46,142 nt of DNA from Escherichia phage ULINTec7. Shown here piece by piece: positions 16,496-24,780 of this stretch. The notes beneath the pieces were generated by a model, which saw nothing but the letters and a program-made list of their open reading frames with translations, did not search any database and was not told the DNA's origin. The stretch lies in the sequence record MZ997841.1. One strand, written 5' to 3'. Every line of letters begins with the position of its first letter. Within the stretch, counting starts at the first letter, position 1. Position numbers and translations under genes: made by a program.

Positions 16496-16511
16496 GTCTC
16501 ACATGTGAGAC
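16496..16511. promoter_or_regulatory. Conserved palindrome GTCTCACATGTGAGAC, copy 5
   Basis: Lies 15 nt upstream of the promoter at 16526. Confidence 0.6.
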
Positions 16512-16525
16512 AAATCGGTGTCCGG

Positions 16526-16549
16526 TATTTACTGGACACTATAGAAGAG
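16526..16549 (+). promoter_or_regulatory. Phage-RNAP promoter
   Basis: TATTTACTGGACACTATAGAAGAG. Confidence 0.8.
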
Positions 16550-16598
16550 AAGAATTTTAATCGGCGATAATGCCACAACTAACAAAGGAGAATTTAAT

Positions 16599-16976
16599 AT
16601 GTTCAAGATTGAAACTATCGTAAACCGTGTTGTTAAAGGTGCTGCTCTGGTATCCGTTGAGTCTTTCATTATCGTCGATGAAGCTGATCAACTGGTAGCT
16701 GGTACTAAGGCTTACGATACCCGTGAAGAAGCTCAGGCTAAGATTGACAGCATGGGTAACTTCGCTGCTGGTCTGGAGTTCGCTCGTGCTTGCTTCCCTG
16801 AGCAGGCTGACAAAGCTCAGATTGGTAAGGCTAATATCGTAGCTGAATATCTGGATTGGATTGCTGCTGGTAAGCCGGTGAAAGAAGTTAAGTCTGCTGA
16901 AGAAGCTGAAGCTCAGGCAGTAGAAGAAGTAGCTGCACCGGTAGATGCTCCGGTAAGCGAAGAAGAAGAGTTTTAA
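16599..16976 (+). CDS. Hypothetical acidic protein (125 aa) with C-terminal SEEEEF tail
   Basis: Bracketed by a consensus promoter upstream and a hairpin plus T-run downstream; AAGGAG SD. Confidence 0.65.
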   Translation: MFKIETIVNRVVKGAALVSVESFIIVDEADQLVAGTKAYDTREEAQAKIDSMGNFAAGLEFARACFPEQADKAQIGKANIVAEYLDWIAAGKPVKEVKSAEEAEAQAVEEVAAPVDAPVSEEEEF

Positions 16977-16982
16977 TTGATG

Positions 16983-17014
16983 CCCTGTCTGCCTTAGTGT
17001 AGGCAGGGTCTTTT
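16983..17014 (+). terminator. Putative intrinsic terminator
   Basis: Stem CTGCCT/AGGCAG with a 6-nt loop, followed by GGTCTTTTG. Confidence 0.45.
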
Positions 17015-17040
17015 GCGTAATAGTTATTGGAGAATGAATT

Positions 17041-17346
17041 ATGCCGACTATTAAATCTCGTTTAGTAGCAGACTATGTGTATGGTCGTGACTTAAAGTTA
17101 ATGCAAGATTACTTTAAAGTAATCATCCTGCTGGATGGAGAAGTGTTTCACACTAAAACATTCACCCTTCCTGAATTGTTTGATTTAGGTTATTGGGTTT
17201 ATACATATCAGGCCATAGCAGACAAGGTGCTACTCAGTGTATTAGAGGAGTGGCCTACATGCGACCAAACTTCGACTTCGGAGCTACAGTATCGGAAGAC
17301 AATAATCTCATCTTGTGGCCAACTGAAGGTAATAGAATCGCTTTAA
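17041..17346 (+). CDS. Hypothetical protein (101 aa)
   Basis: ORF with GGAG SD that overlaps the exonuclease start by about 88 nt. Confidence 0.3.
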   Translation: MPTIKSRLVADYVYGRDLKLMQDYFKVIILLDGEVFHTKTFTLPELFDLGYWVYTYQAIADKVLLSVLEEWPTCDQTSTSELQYRKTIISSCGQLKVIESL

Positions 17347-18287
17347 TAGATGCTGATATGCTACCCTACATCGTAGCTTATACAATCAGTGACATGACTT
17401 ATGTGCGAGCCACAACTCGTGTTAAGTCAGGACAAGTCCCATCAATCAAAGATACACCTGAGTGTAAGCAAGCGTGTGACCGTGTGAACTCCTTGCTCAA
17501 CTCTTGGGTGTATGCAGCAGAGTGTGATGCAGCTAAGTTATTCATGACGAAATCAGAAGCTAACTTCCGTGTTCGCCTAGCCTTCACCAAGCCTTATAAG
17601 GGTCAACGTAAGACCGAGAAGCCTCCGTTCTTCTATGAATTGCGAGAGCATCTCTTAGAGGTTCATGGTGCAATCTTGGCAGATGGAGAAGAGGCTGATG
17701 ACCTCATGAGCATTGCACAATGGGACAGCCACCGCCGCTTCCAGCAAGATACAGGTAACGAGTTCCCTATCGGTAGTCCAGAGCATAAAGCATTCTCTGA
17801 TACTTGCATCGTTTCCTTAGATAAGGATTTGATGATTGTTCCCGGTTGGCATCTTCAGCCGGGTCAAGAGAAGAAATGGGTAGAGCCTATGGGTTGGCTT
17901 GAGTTACGCCGTAAGGCTAATGGTCAGGTTAAAGACCTTAAAGGTGCTGGCCTCATGTTTCATTATGCACAGATGATTATCGGTGATGATATTGATAACT
18001 ATGCTGGCATACCTGGACGTGGTGCTAAATACGCCTATGATCTTCTCAAAGATTGTAAGACAGAGAAAGAGTTGTACATGGCAGTGCTTGGTGCTTACAA
18101 GGCTAAGTTCGGACATGGACAAGTTAAGATTAAGAATTACCGAGGTGGTTATCGTATCGGCAAGGCCTTTGACCTGATGCTCGAATGTGGTCGCCTAGCT
18201 CACATGGCAAGATTCAAAGGTGATATATGGCGAGCCGATAAGAACCCAATCTTGTGGGGAGATGATGCGGAATGGTTAGCAAATTAA
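17259..18287 (+). CDS. 5'-3' exonuclease (T7 gp6 / FEN-like)
   Basis: IALIDADMLPYIVAY, IVSLDKDLMIVPG and GDDIDNYAGIPGRG resemble T7 gp6 ILVMDGDWLV, IISCDKDFKTIP and GDITDGYSGIAGWG. Start at 17259 has AGAGGAG SD; an alternative ATG lies at 17193. Confidence 0.85.
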   Translation: MRPNFDFGATVSEDNNLILWPTEGNRIALIDADMLPYIVAYTISDMTYVRATTRVKSGQVPSIKDTPECKQACDRVNSLLNSWVYAAECDAAKLFMTKSEANFRVRLAFTKPYKGQRKTEKPPFFYELREHLLEVHGAILADGEEADDLMSIAQWDSHRRFQQDTGNEFPIGSPEHKAFSDTCIVSLDKDLMIVPGWHLQPGQEKKWVEPMGWLELRRKANGQVKDLKGAGLMFHYAQMIIGDDIDNYAGIPGRGAKYAYDLLKDCKTEKELYMAVLGAYKAKFGHGQVKIKNYRGGYRIGKAFDLMLECGRLAHMARFKGDIWRADKNPILWGDDAEWLAN

Positions 18288-18682
18288 AATCATCGGAGGT
18301 AGCAGCTTATAAGAGGGAATTGCTAGAGAAGCAAGGATGGAAGTGCCCACTATGTGGCGGCAGTCTCAAGGCTGTTACTCCTATAAACCGTGTACTTGAC
18401 CATGACCATGAGACAGGATTCTGCCGTGCTGTTGTATGCCGAGGCTGCAATGGTGCAGAAGGAAAGATTAAGGGTGTTATCTCTGGTTACGGTAAGGCTG
18501 GTAACAACCGTTACTTCCAGCTTCAATGGTTAGAGCGGCTATATGAATACTGGAAGTTACATAGTACGCCTCAGACAGATAAGTTATATCACAAACACCA
18601 AACGGAGGCAGAGAAGCGCGAGGCTAAGAACCGTAAGGCACGCCTTGCTTATGCAAGAAAGAAGGAGGTTAAAGTTGGGTAA
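18272..18682 (+). CDS. Endonuclease VII-type Holliday junction resolvase
   Basis: CPLCGG...LDHDHETG...CRGCNGAEGKIKG resembles T4 endo VII (CLICQ...LDHDHEL...CNLCNAAEGQMKH). Confidence 0.8.
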   Translation: MVSKLKSSEVAAYKRELLEKQGWKCPLCGGSLKAVTPINRVLDHDHETGFCRAVVCRGCNGAEGKIKGVISGYGKAGNNRYFQLQWLERLYEYWKLHSTPQTDKLYHKHQTEAEKREAKNRKARLAYARKKEVKVG

Positions 18683-19682
18683 GCTTCGCAGCTTGTACAA
18701 AGACTCCGAGGTACTTGATGCAATTGAGCAAGCTACCGACGAGAAAGGTAATGTTAATTACAATGAGATGGCACGTGTATTATCGTGTCACCCTGTGGGT
18801 AAGAAGATTACCCGCCAGTTGGCTCGATACTGGCATGGTCAATTCAAGAAGACCAAGAAGAATGGTGATTATTACCAGACCCTTCTGCAAGAAGATAAGC
18901 GTATCAAAGAAGAGCGTAAGCTCAGGACTCCTGACCGCTACGAGGATTTGGCTATTGTACCATTGCCTGACTCGCCTCATCGAAGTGTACTGGTAATCCC
19001 TGATACTCATGCACCTTATGAGCATCCAGATACCTTAGAGTTCCTTGCAGCAGTCGCGGCACGTTACCGTCCAGATACAGTGGTTCACTTAGGAGATGAG
19101 GCAGATAAACACGCCCTCTCCTTCCATGACTCTGACCCGAATCTGGATAGTGCTGGCATGGAGCTAGAGAAGGCTCGTGTCTTCATGCACAAGTTGCACA
19201 AGATGTTCCCTGTGATGCGCCTGTGTCATTCTAATCACGGCTCTATGCACTTCCGTAAGGCAAGCGCCAAGGGTATTCCAGTGCAATATCTTCGCACCTA
19301 CCGTGAAGTCTTCTTCCCAAATGGAGGTGGCGACCAGTGGGATTGGCAGCATACACATGTTCTTGAGTTGCCGAATGGCGAACAAGTGGCATTCAAGCAT
19401 CAACCTGCTGGCTCTGTCCTAGCAGATGCAGCGCATGAGCGTATGAACCTTGTGTGTGGTCACTTGCACGGTAAGATGTCTGTGGAGTACGCACGTAATA
19501 CACATGAACAGTATTGGGCTGTGCAAGGTGGCTGCTTAATTGATGAGTCGTCCCGTGCATTTGCCTATGGGCGTGAGTCTAAATACAAGCCAGCATTAGG
19601 TTGTGTGGTTATTCTGGAGGGTGTACCTCATATTGTCCCGATGCAAACCAATAGCGACAACCGTTGGATTGGCAAGATTTAG
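18675..19682 (+). CDS. Calcineurin-like metallophosphoesterase
   Basis: Motifs VIPDTHAPYEH, HLGDEAD, SNHG and CGHLHG. Proposed TTG start at 18675 with GAAGGAGG 6 nt upstream; the ORF track extends to 18543, overlapping the endo VII gene. Confidence 0.6.
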   Translation: MGKLRSLYKDSEVLDAIEQATDEKGNVNYNEMARVLSCHPVGKKITRQLARYWHGQFKKTKKNGDYYQTLLQEDKRIKEERKLRTPDRYEDLAIVPLPDSPHRSVLVIPDTHAPYEHPDTLEFLAAVAARYRPDTVVHLGDEADKHALSFHDSDPNLDSAGMELEKARVFMHKLHKMFPVMRLCHSNHGSMHFRKASAKGIPVQYLRTYREVFFPNGGGDQWDWQHTHVLELPNGEQVAFKHQPAGSVLADAAHERMNLVCGHLHGKMSVEYARNTHEQYWAVQGGCLIDESSRAFAYGRESKYKPALGCVVILEGVPHIVPMQTNSDNRWIGKI

Positions 19683-19700
19683 TTGACACTATAGAACAAA
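19677..19700 (+). promoter_or_regulatory. Phage-RNAP promoter (variant)
   Basis: ATTTAGTTGACACTATAGAACAAA. Confidence 0.6.
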
Positions 19701-19782
19701 GGGCTAGGTAAGACTTTATCGGCTGGCGTATTCAAATGATATTGCACTAGCCCTTGATTGTATAGTGAATGGAGGATTCAAT

Positions 19783-20286
19783 ATGTCACACTATGAATGT
19801 AAGAAGTGTCATAAGCGTTATGATTACTGTACTTGTGGTCAAGAGAAAACATCTTTTAAAGTTGGAGACAAGGTATTTCGTAATGAAAAAGATTCTATTC
19901 CTTGGAATCAATACTGCAAAGAAGCTGGTATTGACCCTGATAGCCCTGTAACCATAGATGATATTGATGGCATTAACTTGTGCTTTCGTGAGGTGAGGGG
20001 TACAGGTTGGGATTCCAAAAAATTCAAACTTGCATCTGATAAGTTAGACAACAATATGGTAACTCAGCCTAAGCACTACGAGTTCTTTGATGGCGTAGAA
20101 GCAATTACTATCATCGCCCGTAGTATGACCGAGAAGCAATTCGCGGGGTATTGCATGGGTAATGCTTTGAAGTATCGTCTGCGTGCAGGTAAGAAGTTCA
20201 ATACTGAAGAAGACCTGAAGAAAGCAGACTACTACAAAGAGTTATTCCAGAAGCACCGTCACGAATGTATTGATGAGGATATTTGA
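19783..20286 (+). CDS. Hypothetical protein, DUF3310-like
   Basis: PKHYEFFDGVEAITIIARSMT...GNALKYRLRAGKK resembles the DUF3310 family from memory. Start at 19783 with GGAGGA SD. Confidence 0.45.
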   Translation: MSHYECKKCHKRYDYCTCGQEKTSFKVGDKVFRNEKDSIPWNQYCKEAGIDPDSPVTIDDIDGINLCFREVRGTGWDSKKFKLASDKLDNNMVTQPKHYEFFDGVEAITIIARSMTEKQFAGYCMGNALKYRLRAGKKFNTEEDLKKADYYKELFQKHRHECIDEDI

Positions 20287-20287
20287 T

Positions 20288-21235
20288 ATGAATATCTTTG
20301 AGTTCCTAGGTCTTCCAGAAGACCACCGCAATCACCCATTCATGCTGGTGAAGCATCGCGGTGAAGTTCCTGAGAAGAAATTAACTTTTCCATGTTATGC
20401 ACAGGTGAAACGAGATGGTATCTTTTCTGCTGTTGTTGTTCGCACTGATGGTATCGTTGGCATTTTTGGTCGCACTGGTAAGAAATTGGCAAACACTGAA
20501 GGACTCGAACAAGCCTTTGCTACCTTTCCGGTTGGCATTTATCTTGGTGAGCTTCAGTCTATGGCCATTGATATCTACCTTGAGGCAATCTCTGGGGTTG
20601 TGAACCCCAATCGCACTGAGCCACTTGATTTCATAGGCCAGCAGATTAAAGACAACCTGTATATCGACTTCTTCGATATGTTAACTATTAAGGCATTCCA
20701 TGATGGATTCACTGATGTTTCTTATCTCAAACGTTACGATGCTTTACATCGTCGTATCGGCGCTCATCTTAGCGGGTGCAACGCTATCCTTCCTATCACT
20801 CCTTGCCATAATGAGCGAGAAGTTGAAGCGTTTGCGCAAGAGCAAATAGATGCAGGACGTGAGGGTGCTGTATTCAAACTAGACTGCGATTATGAAGCAG
20901 GACACAAAGGTTATCGTCAGACTAAAGAAGTCCGTAAGGTAACCTATGACCTTACTTGTATTGGCTTTGAAGAAGGTAAAGGCAAATACAAAGGTAAGGT
21001 AGCTAACCTCATTTTCAAATGGAAAGGAGGCAAGACAATCAAAGCTATGTTAGGTAAGGGGTGGACTCATGCAGATGCAGAACAGATGTTCCACGACATT
21101 AAACATGGTGGACGATTGAATGTCATTGGTAAAATCTTTGAAGTCAAAGGTCTTCAGGATTCAAGCAAGGGCAACATTCGTCTGCCCAAAGCGGGAGAAT
21201 TAAGACATGACAAAGATGAACCAGATTTCTTTTGA
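20288..21235 (+). CDS. ATP-dependent DNA ligase
   Basis: Candidate adenylation motif I K-x-D-G-I at QVKRDGIFS; size and position fit a phage ligase. Start at 20288 follows the upstream stop. Confidence 0.7.
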   Translation: MNIFEFLGLPEDHRNHPFMLVKHRGEVPEKKLTFPCYAQVKRDGIFSAVVVRTDGIVGIFGRTGKKLANTEGLEQAFATFPVGIYLGELQSMAIDIYLEAISGVVNPNRTEPLDFIGQQIKDNLYIDFFDMLTIKAFHDGFTDVSYLKRYDALHRRIGAHLSGCNAILPITPCHNEREVEAFAQEQIDAGREGAVFKLDCDYEAGHKGYRQTKEVRKVTYDLTCIGFEEGKGKYKGKVANLIFKWKGGKTIKAMLGKGWTHADAEQMFHDIKHGGRLNVIGKIFEVKGLQDSSKGNIRLPKAGELRHDKDEPDFF

Positions 21236-21422
21236 TAGCATGAAGGCAACTCGTGCAGTTGAGGTAGCAGAAGCTATCTTCGAAACTTTATCCTGTGGCA
21301 TGGAAGTGCCATATACTTTACTTGCTGATGCAGAAGAACTTGGTCTTTCTGTAGAAGCTATCCAAGAGAAGGTTGACGAATTATATGGTACAGACGAAGA
21401 AGAAACCGACGATTTCATTTGA
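21207..21422 (+). CDS. Hypothetical acidic protein (71 aa)
   Basis: ORF overlapping the ligase 3' end. Confidence 0.4.
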   Translation: MTKMNQISFDSMKATRAVEVAEAIFETLSCGMEVPYTLLADAEELGLSVEAIQEKVDELYGTDEEETDDFI

Positions 21423-21426
21423 AGGA

Positions 21427-21555
21427 ATGGAGATGCTTGAGATGATTCTCAAGCCTTCTTCTCCGAAGGTGACTAAGACTCATGAAGAGTTAATCGTTGA
21501 TGAAGTGAAGCGTTACATCATGGATTGTGTCAGAGCACAACTGGTGGTCCAATGA
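21427..21555 (+). CDS. Hypothetical small protein (42 aa)
   Basis: GAAGGA SD before the ATG at 21427; weak call. Confidence 0.25.
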   Translation: MEMLEMILKPSSPKVTKTHEELIVDEVKRYIMDCVRAQLVVQ

Positions 21556-22013
21556 TACGTCCAGCTTCCTTCCTAGATATTCCTGAGATTATAAACCTTG
21601 GGAATAAATATGTGGAAGAGGAAGTCAAGGTAGTGGCCCATCACTCAGCCTCATGGAATGCAGAACAAAGCGCACATAACCTTTGCGCATCTCTTAGTAG
21701 AGAAGATTTATTCCTATGGGTTGCTGTAGATGAAGGGCGGATTGTAGGGTTCCTGTGGGCTGGCTATCACGAGTTGGCCCCTTGGACACCTGTAAGGGTT
21801 GCCTCTGACATTCTCTTTTATATTATACCAGAGAAGCGAGGAACCCTACTTGGTATGCGTCTCATCAAAGCCCTAAAGCAATGGGCTAGTGATAATGAAT
21901 GCTCTGAGGTTCGCCTGTCTATCGCCTCTGGTATTAATGAAGAACGTGTCGGACGTATGTATAAGCGACTTGGCTTTGAACCGTTTGGCACTGTGTACAA
22001 CCTGAAGTTCTAA
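21552..22013 (+). CDS. GNAT-family N-acetyltransferase
   Basis: Fold-like pattern ...ILFYIIPEKRGTLLGMRLIKALKQWA...EVRLSI...ERVGRMYKRLGFEP. Confidence 0.55.
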   Translation: MIRPASFLDIPEIINLGNKYVEEEVKVVAHHSASWNAEQSAHNLCASLSREDLFLWVAVDEGRIVGFLWAGYHELAPWTPVRVASDILFYIIPEKRGTLLGMRLIKALKQWASDNECSEVRLSIASGINEERVGRMYKRLGFEPFGTVYNLKF

Positions 22014-22022
22014 GGAGATAAC

Positions 22023-22232
22023 ATGGGTGTTGTAAAGAAAGCATTTAAGGCTATCGGTCTTGCTCAAGATGCACCACGTATTGAAGCCAAAGTCCCAGCA
22101 CAGCAGCTTGAGCGTAAGCCTGAAACTGAAGCTGAAGATATTCAAATTGGTGCAGGTGGTGATGATGCGACTGCATCTGCAAAAGGTAAGCGCGGCCTTG
22201 TCCGTCCGGTAGCTTCTAGCTTGAAGGTGTAA
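22023..22232 (+). CDS. Hypothetical protein (69 aa), possibly a virion protein
   Basis: ORF with AGGAG SD immediately upstream of the portal gene. Confidence 0.45.
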   Translation: MGVVKKAFKAIGLAQDAPRIEAKVPAQQLERKPETEAEDIQIGAGGDDATASAKGKRGLVRPVASSLKV

Positions 22233-22233
22233 T

Positions 22234-23784
22234 ATGAAACAGAGCACAGATTTGGAGTATGGAGGTAAGCGGTCTAAGATACCTAAGCTATGGGAGAAGT
22301 TCTCCACTAAACGTAGCTCTTTCCTTGATAGGGCGAAGCATTACTCCAAATTAACCTTGCCCTATCTGATGAATGACAAAGGTGATAACGAGACTTCGCA
22401 GAATGGATGGCAAGGTGTAGGTGCTCAGGCAACTAATCATCTAGCCAACAAGCTAGCGCAAGTACTATTTCCTGCACAGCGTGCCTTCTTCCGTGTAGAC
22501 TTAACTGCACAAGGTGAGAAGGTTCTTAATCAGCGTGGCCTGAAGAAGACAGAGCTAGCTACCATCTTCGCTCAAGTGGAAACACGGGCAATGAAAGAGT
22601 TAGAGCAACGTCAATTCCGGCCTGCTGTAGTGGAAGCATTCAAGCATCTTATTGTTGCTGGTAGCTGTATGCTATACAAGCCGAGCAAAGGTGCAATCAG
22701 TGCTATCCCAATGCATCACTATGTAGTTAACCGTGATACCAATGGCGACCTGTTAGACATTATCTTACTGCAAGAGAAAGACTTACGCACCTTTGACCCA
22801 GCTACACGTGCTGTAGTAGAGGTTGGCCTGAAAGGTAAGAAGTGCAAGGAAGATGACAGCGTTAAGCTGTACACACATGCTAAGTATCTTGGTGATGGAT
22901 TTTGGGAACTCAAGCAATCTGCTGATGATATCCCTGTGGGTAAGGTGAGTAAAATCAAATCAGAAAAGCTACCCTTCATCCCATTAACTTGGAAGCGAAG
23001 CTATGGTGAGGATTGGGGTCGCCCTCTTGCAGAGGATTACTCCGGTGATTTATTCGTTATCCAATTCTTATCTGAAGCGGTTGCCCGTGGTGCTGCGCTG
23101 ATGGCAGATATCAAGTACCTGATTCGTCCGGGTGCTCAAACTGATGTTGACCACTTTGTTAACTCTGGCACTGGTGAGGTTGTCACTGGTGTAGAAGAAG
23201 ACATCCATATTGTACAGTTAGGTAAGTACGCAGACCTCACACCTATTAGCGCGGTTCTAGAGGTATACACTCGCCGTATCGGTGTTGTCTTCATGATGGA
23301 GACAATGACACGCCGTGACGCCGAACGTGTTACTGCTGTAGAAATCCAGCGAGATGCGTTAGAGATTGAGCAGAACATGGGTGGTGTATACTCCCTCTTT
23401 GCTACTACTATGCAATCGCCAGTAGCGATGTGGGGTCTGCTGGAGGCAGGGGAGTCCTTCACTAGTGACTTAGTGGACCCTGTGATTATCACAGGTATTG
23501 AAGCTTTAGGACGCATGGCTGAGTTGGATAAACTGGCTAACTTTGCTCAGTATATGTCACTGCCATTACAATGGCCTGAGCCTGTCCTAGCTGCTGTGAA
23601 ATGGCCTGACTATATGGATTGGGTGCGTGGTCAAATCTCTGCTGAACTGCCGTTCCTTAAATCGGCTGAAGAGATGGCACAAGAACAGGAAGCACAGATG
23701 CAAGCACAGCAAGCACAGATGCTTGAAGAAGGTGTGGCTAAGGCCGTGCCGGGTGTAATTCAACAAGAACTTAAGGAGGCGTAA
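22234..23784 (+). CDS. Portal (head-tail connector) protein
   Basis: 516 aa, placed before scaffold and capsid as T7 gp8 is; size consistent. Confidence 0.8.
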   Translation: MKQSTDLEYGGKRSKIPKLWEKFSTKRSSFLDRAKHYSKLTLPYLMNDKGDNETSQNGWQGVGAQATNHLANKLAQVLFPAQRAFFRVDLTAQGEKVLNQRGLKKTELATIFAQVETRAMKELEQRQFRPAVVEAFKHLIVAGSCMLYKPSKGAISAIPMHHYVVNRDTNGDLLDIILLQEKDLRTFDPATRAVVEVGLKGKKCKEDDSVKLYTHAKYLGDGFWELKQSADDIPVGKVSKIKSEKLPFIPLTWKRSYGEDWGRPLAEDYSGDLFVIQFLSEAVARGAALMADIKYLIRPGAQTDVDHFVNSGTGEVVTGVEEDIHIVQLGKYADLTPISAVLEVYTRRIGVVFMMETMTRRDAERVTAVEIQRDALEIEQNMGGVYSLFATTMQSPVAMWGLLEAGESFTSDLVDPVIITGIEALGRMAELDKLANFAQYMSLPLQWPEPVLAAVKWPDYMDWVRGQISAELPFLKSAEEMAQEQEAQMQAQQAQMLEEGVAKAVPGVIQQELKEA

Positions 23785-24704
23785 TGTCTTTCTCATTTAC
23801 TGAACCGTCAACCACTCACCCTACTGCTGAAGAGGGTCCGGTAGAAACCAAGGAGGTAACAACTGATGCTGCTACTACTGATGCTCCTGCTGACGCTGGC
23901 ACTGCTGTACAAGATGACAATGCTGGTGCACAACCTACTGAAGACACCGGAGGAGAAGCTTCTGGACAGCCTTCAGAAAAAGGAGACAATGGCGGAGAGA
24001 ATGGTGAACCTAAGCCAGATGATACCGCGACCGACACTGAGGAAGTGCAATACTTCTTCGGAGAACATGAAGTAACAGTAGACATCCCACAGGATGTAAC
24101 TGACAGCCTTAAAGAGAAAGGCATTGATGCCAAGCAGGTTGCCAAGGAACTCTATTCCAAAGGTGGCAAGTTTGAACTGTCAGATGCAACCAAGCAGAAA
24201 TTGTATGATGCTTTTGGCAAGTTTGCGGTAGATGCTTACCTGTCAGGTCTTAAGGCTCAAAATGAAGCCTTCTTCCTGAAAGAAGCCAACGTAGCTAAAG
24301 AGTTGGAAGCAGCTAACACCCAACGCTTCTCTGATGTTTCTAAGGAAATTGGTGGCGAAGAAGGTTGGTCCCGTCTTGAGGCATGGGCGCTTGAAGCGCT
24401 GTCCGATGATGAACTAACGGCATTCAATGCGGTGATGGAATCTGGCAATCAGTACCTCCAGCAGTACGCTGTGCGTGAACTGGAGAGCCGCCGTAAGGCT
24501 GCACAGGGTGATGACAAGCCAAACTTGATTGAACCATCTGCACCTGCTGCTGCATCTGAAGATAACGGCCCTCTCTCTCGTGAGCAATATCTGCGTGAGA
24601 TGATGACCCTTAGCTCTCGCTTCGGTACAGACAAGAAAGCTGCTGCTGAGTATCAGGCTAAGCTGGATGCTCGACGCCGTGCGGGTATGGCTCGCGGACT
24701 TTAA
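23784..24704 (+). CDS. Capsid assembly scaffolding protein
   Basis: 306 aa, acidic and low-complexity N-terminus, between portal and capsid. Confidence 0.7.
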   Translation: MSFSFTEPSTTHPTAEEGPVETKEVTTDAATTDAPADAGTAVQDDNAGAQPTEDTGGEASGQPSEKGDNGGENGEPKPDDTATDTEEVQYFFGEHEVTVDIPQDVTDSLKEKGIDAKQVAKELYSKGGKFELSDATKQKLYDAFGKFAVDAYLSGLKAQNEAFFLKEANVAKELEAANTQRFSDVSKEIGGEEGWSRLEAWALEALSDDELTAFNAVMESGNQYLQQYAVRELESRRKAAQGDDKPNLIEPSAPAAASEDNGPLSREQYLREMMTLSSRFGTDKKAAAEYQAKLDARRRAGMARGL

Positions 24705-24708
24705 TCAG

Positions 24709-24733
24709 TATTTACTGGACACTATAGAAGGGA
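24709..24733 (+). promoter_or_regulatory. Phage-RNAP promoter upstream of the capsid gene
   Basis: TATTTACTGGACACTATAGAAGGG. Confidence 0.8.
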
Positions 24734-24780
24734 GAAATGTCTCCCTAAGTTATCAATTTGATTTATAAGGAGGTTTATTA

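Noticed and set aside
17193-17258. Exonuclease start at the upstream ATG (17193) given in the ORF track
   Set aside because: The internal ATG at 17259 has a strong AGAGGAG SD at proper spacing and gives an N-terminal length matching T7 gp6; the extension has no SD. Kept as an alternative only.
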